From contig OX597819.1 in the NCBI GenBank assembly GCA_951406725.2, forward strand, positions 30,504,001-30,568,000: a stretch of DNA of 64,000 nucleotides. Reading direction: 5' to 3'. Numbering within the stretch: position 1 is the stretch's first letter; each line of letters starts with the position of its first letter. Shown piece by piece: positions 1 to 13,367 of the stretch. Both the position numbers and the translations under genes were made by a program. The stretch is from Octopus vulgaris (lineage: Eukaryota). A model generated the notes under the pieces. The model was not told the origin of the DNA. It was given only the letters and a program-made list of their open reading frames with translations, and did no database searches.

Positions 1-704
1 ATTCCTTGCCTGAATAAGATGTATTTGTGTTTTATCTTCCTCCTAAACAGTTTCTCAACTATGTACGCCTATCATTTGTATATAATATATATTTTCAACT
101 GAAAAGCAGATGGCGAGAAAAACTGGCACATGATAACATTATTTTATTCAGATTCGGAATAAGAAATATTATTTTTATAGCCTGGTGTACTAACTCATAT
201 ATGAATAAAGTTAGAATCTCAATGCATAGATACTTGTTCTTTTCCACCTAGTTCGAAGATAGTATAACTAGAAAATTATCAAATGAATTACGTCATATCT
301 CGGGAAATATTCGAAATAAATATAGATACGGTACATATATATTTATGTACATGAAGATGTATACGCAAAATAATAAAAACAATAAAATATAATAAAACCG
401 AAGATGTATACGCAAAAATATAAATACACAATGGATGTATGCATACACATGCACATATAGTGTGCGTGTTGGAATTTTTTTTCTTAATATCAATGGTATT
501 GTGATGTTTATTTATATCTGGGAAATACCCAAGAAATTCTCATTAGAACTATTCACTGATCTGTATCCAAAGAATTACTTCTAGAACCAACACTACCACT
601 ACCACCACCACCACCACTACAATCACCACCACAAGGTCAACTATTGCCTTGCAAATGAATTTGGTAAACGGAAATTGAGTGGAAACCGGTGAAACAGATG
701 AATG

Positions 705-1002
705 ATCATGAGATTTCACCTAGAAAGTTAGTCTCCAAGGTACGAGTCTAAGCAAGCTTATTTATGAAAGACCAACGGTCGCCCATGCATACCAGCCACC
801 CCACCGATGTTGTTCAAGGGAAAAGCAAAGACCGATTCAGCATGGCACCAGTGGCGTCGCAACTCTTTTCTAAATCTGAATGAACTGGAGCAACGTGAAA
901 TAAACTGTCTTGTAGAAGAACACAACACACAACGCGGTCCGGGAATCGAAATCACTACCTCATGATTGTGAGCCGGACGCTCTAACCACTGAGCCATGCT
1001 CC

Positions 1003-1007
<5 letters not shown>
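705..1007 (-). mobile_element. tRNA-derived SINE (D-type head and core, distinct tail)
   Basis: Minus strand begins with A-box TGGCTCAGTGG and B-box-like GATTTCGATTCCC; core TTTCACGTTGCTCCAGTTCA shared with copies at 1445-1910 and 34880-35134. Confidence 0.75.
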
Positions 1008-1052
<45 letters not shown>

Positions 1053-1145
1053 AACCCTAACCTCCCCTACACACACGTGTGTGTGTGCCTCATAACTCAC
1101 GCACGCACACTCACATATGTGTGTGTGCGCGTCTATGTGTGAAAC

Positions 1146-1380
1146 GGTGCTTGTCTGTTACCTATTGGCCACCGCTTGACAACCACGTTGGTTTGTTTAC
1201 ACCCCTGTTAGCTAGCGGTTCCGCAAAAAGAGACCGATAAGCACTAGGCTTACAAAAAGAAAAAATAAGTGGGGAAGAAATAACTTAAGCACTGGAATAA
1301 ATTTGTTCGACTAAACCCTTTAAGGCAGTACCCCAGCATGGCCACAGTCCAATGACTGAAACAATTAAAAGATAAAAGAC
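1146..1380 (+). mobile_element. SINE family B, 3' half
   Basis: CCACCGCTTGACAACC...CCAGCATGGCCACAGTCCAATGACTGAAACAA matches the 3' half of fuller copies at 18343, 20582 and 25602. Confidence 0.75.
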
Positions 1381-1444
1381 AAAATGCGATTTTTCCCTTT
1401 TATGACATACTTTATATTAGTATGTCATGTGACCTACATAGAGG

Positions 1445-1910
1445 TCCCCATTTCCCTAGAAACCAGGTAGTTTCCACATATAAACAGCTTAACGGGACGC
1501 CAGTCCTCGCAACGTTACTCATTTTTGCCAGCTGAGTGAACTGGAGCAACGTGAAATGAAGTGTTTTGCTCAAGAACACAACACATCACCCGGTCCAGGA
1601 ATCGAAACCACAATCTTACGATTATGAGTTCAACACCCTAACCACTAAGCCACGTGCCTTCACTCGCCCTTTTAAAGCCCAGCCAGGCTCATGGGCCCGG
1701 TTTCCCGGTTTCTATGGCGTATGTATTCTCTAGCTGGACGGGACGCCAATCCATCGCAGCGTTACTCATTTTTGCCAGCTGAGTGGACTGGAGCAACGTG
1801 AAATGAAGTGTTTTGCTCAAGAACACAACGCGTCGCCCGGTCCAGGATTCGAAACCACAATCTTTCGATCATGATGCGGACACCCTAACCACTAAGCCAC
1901 GCACCTCCAC
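1445..1910 (-). mobile_element. Two tandem tRNA-derived SINEs (family D)
   Basis: Two head-to-tail copies (about 1445-1662 and 1665-1910) with TGGCTTAGTGGTTAGGGTG heads and GGTTTCGA(T/A)TCC B-boxes; near-identical to 34880-35134. Confidence 0.85.
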
Positions 1911-2136
1911 CCACTGTATCAATGTGATTCAAAATTTAGAGAATCGAAAACGCTTCTGTGAAGCGTACTCTTGATGGAGCATGAAGTTGCAATATGTATT
2001 TATCTGAAAAAATTCTACATCCTAACACAATCTGTATGGCGATAGAATGCACCATTGGCTTCTTTTAATTAAAGACACTAACTTTGCTCCCTGTATTGAG
2101 TAACCTTTCTCTTGTCACACATACATATACATATAT

Positions 2137-2410
2137 GGGGGAGGCACATGGCCTAGTGGTTAGAGCAGCAGACCGGACGATGTGCGTGTTTATGAGCGAA
2201 ACACCTAAGCTCCACGCGGCTCCGGCAGAAGGTAATGGTGAAACTTCTGCTGACTCTTTCGCCACAACTTTCTCTCACTCTTCCCTCCTGCATCTTGCAG
2301 CTCACCTGCGATGGACTGGCGTCCCGTCCAGGTGGGGAACCTATACGCCAATAAAGCGGGAAACCGGCCCTTATGAGCCAGGCATGGCTCGAGAAGGAAC
2401 AAACAACAAC
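2137..2410 (+). mobile_element. tRNA-derived SINE (family C)
   Basis: GGAGGCACATGGCCTAGTGGTTAGAGCAGC head; near-identical to 34150-34448 apart from a deletion in the head; (CAA)n tail. Confidence 0.85.
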
Positions 2411-2425
2411 AATATACAATATACC

Positions 2426-2647
2426 AGCGGCGAGCGGGTAGAAACGTTAGCACACCGGGCGAAATTCGTCTGTCGTTACGTTCCGAGTTCAAATTCCGCC
2501 GTGGTCGACTTTGCCTTTCCTCCTTTCGGGGTCGATAAATTAAGTACCAGTTACGCACTGGGGTTGATGTAGTCGACTTAATCCCTTTGTCTGTCCTTGT
2601 TTGTCCCCTCTGTGTTTAGCCCCTTGTGGGTAGTAAATAAATAAATA
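2426..2647 (+). mobile_element. SINE family A with Tx1-like 3' tail
   Basis: GCGGCGAGC..GAAACGTTAGC..GAGTTCAAATTCCGCC; same family at 5034, 55415, 58720 and 63120. Confidence 0.85.
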
Positions 2648-3614
2648 TACATATATAACATTCTGTTATATATTACTGGTAATGTGTCTTTTGAAGAGCA
2701 CATGTTGAGTCGATTTTGGAACGAGATTAATTGTATCTATTTCCGTAGAAATAGAATTATTTTCACTTCTGTCTCACTTCTGTAACACGTATGTGGCTTG
2801 TGTAAAATAATGCACAAATAAGTTATTGTTTAACTCTAAAGTGTTTCATAGTGAGTATTTTAAATTGTCGAAAGAAAGAAAAAAGAAAGCCAACAAAGAA
2901 GAATGGAAAGGAAACAAAAATAATGGGAAGCAGAACTAATCATATCATACTTATGTATGTATACACCCCCCACACATATATATAATGCGCATGCGCAAAC
3001 ATGCATACACGCATATATTTATATATATGCATATAATATATGTGTATATATATATATATATATGAATACTGGTTTTGTTTTTCAAATTTTAAACAATAAG
3101 CTACTTGTGCAATATTAACCAAATCCAACAGGAATATGAAAAAAAAAATGATTGTGTATGTGTGTGTGGGAGGGTGCATGCTTGTGTGTGCGCGTGCGCC
3201 TGCTTGCATAATTTTTCTTCTCATTTTTGCGAAGTCTGTATATGATATGGTGACATTTAGTGATATTTAATAGCCTGATTAGATTGCAACTTTACGATAT
3301 AATATGGTTTACATAGAAACAGTTGTTCTTTTGTTTTCTTTTTTGTTTTTGTTTTGTTTTATTTTTGTTTTTTGGAAGGGGTAATACTTAGAGCACTTTC
3401 TCAGAGTGCGAGAAGTTAAACAATGGTTGTGTCACTTGAAATGCTGGTGTGTGTAGGAATGAATGTCTGCTACAATTTGTATGTGTGCGTATGTGAATGA
3501 GAACAACACTTCAAGGAATAACCATCGACCCTTCACAAAAAGTAGGCAATGCTAGCTTCCATTTACTTTGACTATCTTTACTGTTGGAGAGAGATTGACT
3601 ATAAATATATATAC

Positions 3615-3653
<39 letters not shown>

Positions 3654-4268
3654 CAGACAGACAGACAGACAAACAGAGGACGAACACATTTGCAGCAAGA
3701 AGAAAAGCATGCATGCAGAGTAATACCTGGCCTTAAATCAAACATTTACATGTACTGTCAGACGATAAACTTGCGCGCCAAAAATCGAGATATACAGTCG
3801 TTTAACGACCCACAGAGAAAGATAAATATGGCTGTCCATAAGACCCGATGAACAACGAGAAGCCATACAAGCATTTTATGCATTTATACATACATATAAA
3901 CACACAGACGTTTGTACATACATACATACATACATACATACATACATACATACATACATACATACATACATAAATGCAAAATTACATTTATAATAATAAT
4001 AATTGGTGTAACCTGGATAAGCTTTAATATTCAGTGACAGAAATCAACCAAGTGATTCGCACATTACAAATACAATCTGTAAGCGAAACTATGCAAGACT
4101 TTTCTCAGGTTTAAAATGAAACTTTGTTTTCGTTATCTACACTCCAATGATGGAGCTTTGTATCTTAGTTAAAAACCAGCTCCTTCTTCAAAGAAAGAAT
4201 TTAAATAATTAAATATAGAAAAAAAACATACATACATGCATGCATACATACATACATACATACATACA

Positions 4269-4302
<34 letters not shown>

Positions 4303-5033
4303 CGTGCGTGCGTACGTACGTACGTGCGTGCGTAAGTACATGCATGCATGGTAGAAGTCAACTTATGACCGAGTAAGACTACATCCGAAACTCAGTAAGT
4401 CCGCGCAAACGTTCTAAGGGCCCTATAGATTCTTATGCTTGCATTTGTTTTGAGTGGGTAAAGGGTTGCACAGAAATGAATCCGCTTTTTAGTACAATCA
4501 GCTATAAAACCAGTAGCATCACGGAGGGTGAGACGATCAGAAACCAAATGCACTTCAAACTTTCTTTTACACGAGTTTACCCTCGACTAGAAGAAAGTTC
4601 TAACGCGAACTATGGTGTTCCACTGCCACTGGTTCACATGCTAATTAAGCCATAGCTTGGACCTTAACAGGTTCTACTACTCCGGATAAGAGAAGATCTG
4701 GGAATAATAGTGGGTAAGCAGTAGTTAGGCACTTCTTAAAATCCTTGAAGTCCTACACAAGGGCCTCTCTGCAAAGTCCAGTTTAAAGGCACACTCAGGA
4801 TATACATACATGCATACATACATATATACATGTATGTATGTATGTATGTATGTATGTATGTATGTATGTATGTATGTATGTATGTATGTATGTATGTATG
4901 TATGTATGTATGTATGTATGTATGTATGTATTATGTATCTATGTACGTAGGTGTACATATAAATTTGGTTACGAATTTAATCTGTCACACTATGGGATTT
5001 CAAAAAGCCAGTTTATATTACTTGCTGAAATAA

Positions 5034-5430
5034 GGCGGCGAGCTGGCAGAATCGTTAGCGCGCCGGGCAAAATGCTTAGCGGTATTTCGTCTGCGTTACG
5101 TTGTGAGTTCAAATTCCGCCGAGGTCGACTTTGCCTTTCATCCTTTCGGGGTCGATAAATTAAGTACCAGTTGCGCCCTGGGGTCGATGTAATCGACTTA
5201 ATACCTATGTCTGTCCTTGTTTGTCCCCTCTGTGTTTAGCCCCTTGTGGGTAATAAAGAAATAGGTATTTAGGTCGTCTTCTCGTTCTGAGTTTAAATTG
5301 CTCCGAGGTCGACTTTGCCTTTCATCTTTTCGGGGTCGATAAAATAAATACCAACTGAGTTTTCAGGGTCGATGTAATCGACTTAACCCCACCCCCGAAA
5401 TTTCTGGCATTGTGCCAGAATTTGAAATCT
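5034..5430 (+). mobile_element. Dimeric SINE family A
   Basis: Full unit followed by a 5'-truncated second unit with a different tail; same dimer layout at 63120-63548. Confidence 0.85.
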
Positions 5431-6154
5431 GTATTACTTGGTGCAATGCAAATGTATTTTTTCATACAACTTTTTCCCACACTTGCAATTGCAGCTCAAA
5501 TGCTTTCAAAAAAAAAAAATTTTTTTAAATAGGCGAGGAACTAAAAAAAAAGTTCATTTACAATAATTATATAATCGCGCTATATTTTAGTGTTTATAAT
5601 CAACTATATGGAAGAAAAATAATATTAAAAAAAAACCAAAAAAAAAAAACGAGCAGAACAATCAACAAAAACTTGCTGATTTTAAGATTGCTTTATGAAA
5701 TACGACCAAACATGAACGTCACGACCTGTAGCAGTGACGATAACAGCAACAAGGAGCAGTCACCTATAAAAAAACATTGCACCAACGAGGTTGCAGCCTT
5801 AATGACTTAAACAAATTCAAGAACGGAATCACTGTGGTTGAGTTGTGCCACATTTCTTATTATTTAAAACAAATTTGATACAGAAATGTTCAAATACATT
5901 TGATAAAGTTAACGTTGTTATCATAACCTAATTTTCTTTTTCACAGCTGCAGTTCAGGTCAGAAAATGCCTGTTTGCAATTATTACACTCTTCAACATGA
6001 GAAAAAGACCCGCAGAGAAGTAAAAGCCAAAAAAAAAAAAAAGGCGGGCTGATGGAGAAACAAAGAGCAGAGAAAAAGCGGCGAGAGGGGAGGAGGAGGA
6101 GAAGGAGACAGAGGGAGAGAGAGAGACAAAGGGTGAGAGAGAGAGAGAGAGGGC

Positions 6155-6188
<34 letters not shown>

Positions 6189-6408
6189 AAGGGTGAGGGA
6201 GAGAGGGCGACAGAGAGAGAGAGATGTGGTAGGTGGGCAAGATAGAATCTAGGTTGCTGACTTTGAGCAGAAATTATGTAAAAACGGAGAGGGGACTGCT
6301 ATGTGAGAACATACTGTAAGAAATGAGTCTCCACCTACGTCAGGCATCGAAGCACTTGACTGTGTGTGTGTATACAAGTTATGCATATCAGAATAATTCA
6401 TGTATATA

Positions 6409-7691
6409 CTGGATTATCCCATAAATAATGCGATTTTTTCAATTGCATGAACTAAAAGTCAGACGGGGACGGGATAAACTACCTGCAGGTAGTAATTTTA
6501 CCTTGTCCTTATTTTTAGTACAAGTTTTGATGAGTGCAGATCGATTTTAACGGTTATTTTTTGAAAGCTCTAATGAAAGTGACAAAGGAGCATATTCAGC
6601 ATATTTTGCTTTATGAGTTCAATAAAGGCAACAACGCAACGGAAAGTGCGTAGAATATTATTGCAATATATGGGGATCGGACAATAAGCGTAAACCAGTG
6701 TCAATGGTTGTTCCCGAAATTCCGAGCCAGAAATTACAGCCTATAAGATAAGCCTCGTCTTGGAAAACCTACAGAGCTCGACGAGGGCGTCCTACAAACC
6801 CTGGTGGAACAAAATCCCATTGCAACTGTTGAGGAACTATCAGAGAAGCTTGGATTTGGTCATTCAGCCATTCATCGACACATGTGTATCATCGGAAAAG
6901 TCAGCAAATTGGGTCAATAGGTTCCTCACAAACTTTCCGAATCTAATCTCGCGCATAGAGTGAAAGTGTGCTCTTCTTTGCCTTCACGTCTCACGAATGA
7001 ACCTTTTTTTTTTTTCTTTTTTTTTTTTTGGACCGAATAGTGACTGGTGACGAGAAATGGGCTCTCTATAAAAATGTCAAGCGCCGAGAACAGTGGGTAG
7101 AGAAAGGAGAAACACCGGCGCTCCAGGTTAAAAAAGGTCTTCACCCACGTAAGGTGCTATTATCTGTTTGGTGGAATATAAACGATTTAGTCCACTTTGA
7201 ACTTTTAAACCCAAACCCAACGATAACAATGGAGATCTACTGCGAGCAACTTGAGCGGTTTAAGTCAGTGCTATAAGAAAAACGACCATCTTTGGTTTCA
7301 AGACGAAAGGTATTCTTCTATCAGGATGATGCTCGGCCACATACCGTGAGGATGACATTCCAAAAGCAGGAGCAGTTTGAATGGGAAATGATGCCCCACC
7401 AAGCATATTCGCCGGACATTGCCCCATCTGATTATCATTTATTCCGCAGTTTTCAAAATCATTTGGACGGAAAAATCTGAATTCTATAGACGAAGTCAGA
7501 ACAGTACTGAAGGAATATTTTTCGTAATGGACAAGTGAATTTTGGAAGAGGCCCCTTACAAGTCTACCAGATAGATAGAACATTATAGAAGATGAAGGGG
7601 AGAATATTTTAGATTAAAAAACTTTGTTTATCTTAATTTTGAAGAATAAAGGAAGTATATAAAAAACCGCATTATTTATGGCATGACCCAA
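6409..7691 (+). mobile_element. Full-length decayed mariner (DD34D) transposon
   Basis: TIRs CTGGATTATCCCATAAATAATGCGATTTTTT / AAAAAACCGCATTATTTATGGCATGACCCAA flanked by TA; broken transposase from ATG 6573 with TGDEKW, DDARPH and YSPDIAPSDYHLF motifs. Confidence 0.95.
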
Positions 7692-7808
7692 TACAACATC
7701 GCAAGCCAAGATTTGCAAGCTTATCATGAAGCAAAACTTAAATCAAGTTAGTCTCAATAGTTTAACTGAACACATGAATATCTGGTCGATCATCAAAAGG
7801 GAAGAGAG

Positions 7809-7844
7809 AAGAAGAAGAAGAAGAAGAAGAAGAAGAAGAAGAAG

Positions 7845-7904
<60 letters not shown>

Positions 7905-7933
7905 GAGGAGGAGGAGGAGGAGGAGGAGGAGGA
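7809..7933. repeat. Compound triplet microsatellite (GAA)n(GTA)n(GGA)n
   Basis: Directly visible; produces the spurious poly-R and poly-L ORFs. Confidence 0.95.
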
Positions 7934-8096
7934 AACGGGACAACTTGAAAGTTTCATGACCAAACAATTGCAAATTTGAAGTTAAGGGTTAGGCGCGAAC
8001 CTTGAAAACATGTGTGTGTATCACATTTCTTACTTATTATAACGATTGGTATTAGGAGCTGATCTTCAAGCCACAATGTAGTCGATTGCTCTAGAC

Positions 8097-8612
8097 CAGT
8101 TTTTCTCAACCATTTTTTTTTTTTGCTATTTTACTCAGAGGCAGGGACCGACATAATCATTTGATATCTGAAAACTCCTATTATATTTTTATGATTGAAT
8201 ATCTTTCATGATTAAATATTATTAGGAATTGTATACAAAGATATTTGGAGAAATATGTGGAGGCAGCGGTTGGAGGATTGCAGTTTCGATTCCCAGACCA
8301 GCCGTTGTGTGTGTTTATTTAGCGAAAGTGCCTAAAAACTCCACGAGGCTCCGGAAGCGGGTGGTGGCGACCCCTGTTGTACTCTTTCGCCACAACGTTC
8401 TCTCACTCTCTCTTCCTGTTTCTTGAGTAACGCTGCGATGGACTGGCGTCCCGTCCAGCTGGGCGTAACACATACGCCACAGAAACCGGGAAACTAGGCG
8501 CATGAGTCCCGTTTTTTATCGTTTTATTGGAGAAATATAACTCCATAAATTTTAACTGTTAAATCTTATAAGGACTTCCAAGGGCCATAGAGACCCCGGT
8601 TGAGACCCACTA
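8097..8612. mobile_element. hAT (Charlie-like) MITE
   Basis: Ends CAGTTTTTCTCAACC / GGTTGAGACCCACTA; 8-bp TSD CTCTAGAC / CTCAAGAC fits the NTCTAGAN Charlie target. Confidence 0.8.
8257..8526 (+). mobile_element. Mosaic SINE nested in the hAT MITE
   Basis: 12-bp TSD TTGGAGAAATAT (8245-8256, 8527-8538); E-type middle joined to a D-type tail. Confidence 0.85.
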
Positions 8613-8834
8613 CTCAAGACTATCGCTTCAAGTTAGGTAACTTTTAAGATTTCTGCTAAACTTTCACCTCGTGTACCGGTTTTCCAACTTTCGACTGATA
8701 TTCGGATAAGTTCTAAATAAAAGAATTTAAAAAAAAAAACTTTTTGTAGAAGCGTTTGCTGACCAGCGGTTTAAGGAATCGGTTGAAAATCAATGCCATC
8801 AGAGATTAGTGGTTGACCGAACCTTAAATATTTA

Positions 8835-9312
8835 TCTTTTATCTTTTATTTTTTTACTTGTTTCAATCACTGGACTGTGGCCATACTAGAGCACCACCTT
8901 AAAGAGGTTGAGTGAATCGACCCCATTAGTTTTTTTTTTGCTTGTTTTTGGAAAGCCTCGTACTTATTCGATCTCTTTTGGAAAGCCTGGTACTTATTCG
9001 ATCTCTTTTAGCAAACCGCTATGTTACCGGGATGTAATCAAACCAACACCGGCTGTCAAACAGGGGTGGGAATGAATACAAATGTAAACACACACAAACG
9101 CGCATTCTCTCTCTCTCTCTCTCTCACACACATACATACACACACTCAAACACACACACACACACGATGAGTTCTCTCCGTTTCCGTCAGCCAAATAGAT
9201 TCACAAGGCTTTCGTCGGATTTAGTTAGAAGACACTTATCTGAAATGTTACGTAGTGTAACTGACGCCAGAACCATGTAGAGAGGCAAGTTTCTTATCAC
9301 ACGACCACGCCT
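8835..9312 (-). mobile_element. SINE family B (diverged)
   Basis: Both halves present around a central (CT)/(CA) tract. Confidence 0.7.
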
Positions 9313-9899
9313 TAAAACTTCGAAAAATTTATCTAATTCAGAAGAAGCCGTTTTTTTATTTATTTTAAGTATCAGACAAGATAAACCTTCAGAATCACCA
9401 TCGAAGAAAGAAAGAATAAGAGAAAGAAAGAAGGAAGGTAGGAAGGAAGGAAAGAAAGAAAGAAACAAACAAAGAATTTGGAAAATCGCAAACCAATTTC
9501 GAAATCCTAATTTTCGTGCAATAAATAAATAAATAAATAAGCACATTAACATTTAACGACAAAGTTTAGCACCCAAATGATTCTGATATTAGTTTCTATA
9601 AAATCATTAAATAAAAAAAATCCCGGAGAAATAACTTCTCTAAACACTGATAATTGACATTGCGGAAAATAACCTGAATTGAATATTTCTCGCTACGTAG
9701 CACGTTGTTGCCCTATGGTCATGATCAATGGCAATTCTGCATTGACCATACTATTTTATTTTGTCTAGGACTGCGTCGTCTCCGATGTGTCCTTGTTTTA
9801 AGAGAGACTTTGTCCCTATTTTTAAGACGATCAAGTGATGGTGCCGAGTCTGTTTCGTGCAATTCACGTAGTACGTTCTACAAGAACCTGTATTATTAT

Positions 9900-10460
9900 A
9901 GTAAATTGTTCTATCAGTAAGCCGTTTTACCACAGTAAACTATACTACCACTGTCAACAGTTCTACCACATTAAAATATGTTGCTAGAGTAAGCCGTTTT
10001 ACCAGTCAACTGTTCTACCATGCTAGACCATTCTCCCACAGTCAACTGTTCTACCACAGTCGATTGTTCTACCAGTCAACTATTCTACCACAGTAAAACT
10101 TTCTTGTTCTACCACAGCAAAGCGTTTTGGCACGTTAAGCCGTCCAACCACAGCAAGCCAATTCTACCACAGTAAGCTGCCCTATCACAGGTAGCTGTTC
10201 TACCACATTAAACTGTTTTACCACGGTAAACCGCTCTGCCACATTAAACTGTTCTACCACAGTAATCCGTTCCACCACAGTAAACCTTTTTATCTCTGTA
10301 AACTGTTCAACCTTTGCAAGCTCTTTGACCACAAAAAACTGTTCGGTCACCTTCTACCATAGTTAACTATTCTTCTGCAGAAAACTTATTTTAGCACAGC
10401 AAAAGTTTCTGCCACAGTAAGCCATTCTACCATAGTAAACCACCCTGCTACAGTCACCTA
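9900..10460. repeat. Degenerate ~18-bp minisatellite (ACCACAGTAAACTGTTCT)
   Basis: Recurrent CTACCACAGTAAAC-like units; gives the (VVEQFT)-like ORF 10135-10350. Confidence 0.85.
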
Positions 10461-11267
10461 GCGCCAATTCCGATCTTATTCTTAGCCTTTTCTCCCACTG
10501 CCTTTGTCTATTTATTTGTTTGTTTATTTATTGTAATTGATGATTAGGCTTTCTTAACTACAACGAATAAAGGACCAATACTTATTTCCACTTTTCGAAA
10601 AATAAACCTAGCCCTGTATAGGATGGTAGTATATTGCAGGTATACTCACAAGTATACAGCAAGAGCATTTGTGAGTAATTAGGAGGCATATATGTAAGTG
10701 TATAGAAGGTATCTTCTTTGGTGTAGCGAAAATAAATTTAATTAAAATTTTCAAGTCCATTTGATAAGACATTCGTCGGTCCTACAATGCTACCACTGCC
10801 TAACGTAACTGTGAATGAACCACTGTACTTACTTACTTTCTTACTTAAAATTAGGTTTGGTTCTATCAATGAGGACCAAATGCCTTGGTCATGGGCTCGA
10901 ATCAATGTTGATCAAAGGATGCGAAACGACGATCTCTGCTCCAAAGTTTACGTGTCAGCGAAGAAACTTCTCGTAGCCGCATGACCTCCTAGAAATAATT
11001 TTCAAATGTTCTTCCAAGTCCAAATCCCCTAATCTCACCCAAAACCTTATTCTCTTTTTTGTGAAAAAGAATAAATAAATAAAGATTGGATAACTTCGTA
11101 ATAGATATACTAACTATTAAGAAGATGGGGTGATCACGGCTTGAGCATTAAAACTAAATCAAGAGTAACCTGTGGTTAAACAACATCAATGTCCTTCATA
11201 AATGAATTACATTAAATTAGTGGTCTGCTACCTTCGTTTCCTAAGTCACCTCGAGAACAGTATCATA

Positions 11268-11471
11268 CGAAGGGGTGCTGAAAAGCTTTTGGTTTTAAGG
11301 GTGTCACGAAGGCTCTGGTTGGAGGCCCAACATTCCGCGTTCTTTTACAGAGCTTAGAGAAACTGAAGGGCTGCTGCAATAAGTGTGGGATTATGTCGAA
11401 TAAAATCATAATTAACTGATCCTCCTCTATTTTATTTTACCCAAAGTCAGGAAATTTTCAGCGCTCTCTTG
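11268..11471. mobile_element. Mariner-type MITE
   Basis: TA|CGAAGGGGTGCTGAAAAG ... ATTTTCAGCGCTCTCTTG imperfect TIRs. Confidence 0.7.
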
Positions 11472-11835
11472 TGTGTACATATAAATACACCTATACTTGT
11501 TTTTCTAATCACTGGTGGGGCACACATTTTATTGGAACGTTATAGTGAGAATTGGGGTTAAAATAGGTTGGGAAACACTGCTTTAGTTCTTTTGAAAAAT
11601 ATGTGTACTTGATGTATATATATATGTGGTGGTGGTGGGGGGTGGCGAATGTATAGTGTGTGTGTGCGTATGTGTGTGTGCGTACATGTGTGTGTGTGTG
11701 TGCGTGCGTGTGTATTTAAATATATGTACACACAAACACACGTGCATAGATATATGTAATAACACCTTTTACATATTTAACAAATATATATATTTTTTTA
11801 CACATACACTTACTAATACATTTACATCTGTGTGT

Positions 11836-11876
<41 letters not shown>

Positions 11877-12066
11877 CGTGTGAGAGAGAGAGTGGGAGAG
11901 AGCGCGAAAGAGCGTGAAAGAGCGTGAGAGAGAGAGACAGAGAGAGAAAGATAGAGATTATTTGCAAACTTTGGTACACAGTTATTCGTGCGTGCACAAA
12001 TGGATTCTATACGAAAAGTTTTTTTAAATCTTTCTCTCTCTCTCTTTCTCTCTGTCTGTCTCTCTT

Positions 12067-12098
<32 letters not shown>

Positions 12099-12430
12099 TC
12101 TCCCCCTCTCCCCTCTCTCTCTCTCACTCATCCTCTCTATCTATCCATCCATCTATTTCGTTGTAAGTTTGTGCGTTTGATATTCTGTTTATGTTTGTTT
12201 ATACAGCTTTCTCTAGAACTAGTATCATATCTACCCGCACACATAAAATATACATACAAGCATTCAAGAATTGCAAACACCTACATACGTGCCCGCACAT
12301 ACGCGCGCCTGAGCACACGCACGCACACACATACGCATACATACATACATACATACATACATACATACATACATACATACATACATACATACATACATAC
12401 ACACGTACGTACACACACGTGCATTGATAA

Positions 12431-12613
12431 TAGGGTGAACCTAAATTCACGAAGGGGTCTGAATTCCAATAAATTTTTTTTTTTGGATAACTTGTATGCA
12501 TTTTTCTTAAATATTACATACAAAAAAGTCATCGCGAACGAGTTTCTATATTTAATAACAATGTTTAAAAAAGTACAAAAAATCTCAGACTCCGTGACTT
12601 TTGGTCCACTCCA
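12431..12613. mobile_element. Tc1-type MITE
   Basis: TAGGGTGAACCTAAATTCACG / CGTGACTTTTGGTCCACTCCA imperfect TIRs; related to 15038-15167. Confidence 0.65.
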
Positions 12614-12974
12614 TACATAGCTTCATACACACCCACACACACACACATACATACATACATACATACATACATACATACATACATACATACATACATACAT
12701 ACTACAAATGATCACAATATCTGGGACAAAAAATCTGCAATATCTTCTTAAGATTTAAAGAATGATTGGATGGTTAAAGCAAGATATTTTCCTTCGCAAC
12801 CTTGCTACCAAGTAGGTGACCAATCAGTACTATATCACTATGGTTACAGCAAAATTATCTGCACTGCCAAGTAATTTTTATACGCCAAGTAATAATATAT
12901 ACAAGCAATTAATTATGCTAGAATATATATTGTAGTACAGTTTGTTTTGTTTTCTTTTTAGCTAAAAAACGATA

Positions 12975-13306
12975 AGAAAAATTTCCCGTTTCCCAGCCCA
13001 AATGTTTTCGGGTTCAGTCCAACTGTGTGGCACCTTTGGCAAGTGTCTTTTGCTATAGCCTCGAGCCGACCAAAGCTTTGTGAGTGGATTTGGTAGAGGA
13101 ACTGAAAGAAGCCTGTCGTATATATATATAAGATTAATCAGCCGAGGTTGCGAGGATGATCCGGTTCTTGACTGATGATTGAGGGCTTCGGATGTCCCGT
13201 CCGTTTTTTGTGTCGTCTTCTAAATGTTTCACGTTCTTGTCCCAGTTTGTATATTTTTTTTACTTTTACATATATATATATATATATATAATTTATCATA
13301 AATTCC

Positions 13307-13367
<61 letters not shown>

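Noticed and set aside
1048-1062. CCCTAA telomeric repeats
   Set aside because: Only two units; not a telomere.
3790-3880. Minus-strand YGFSLFIG as a claudin TM4 exon
   Set aside because: The frame closes quickly, the hydrophobic stretch is too short and there is no convincing acceptor.
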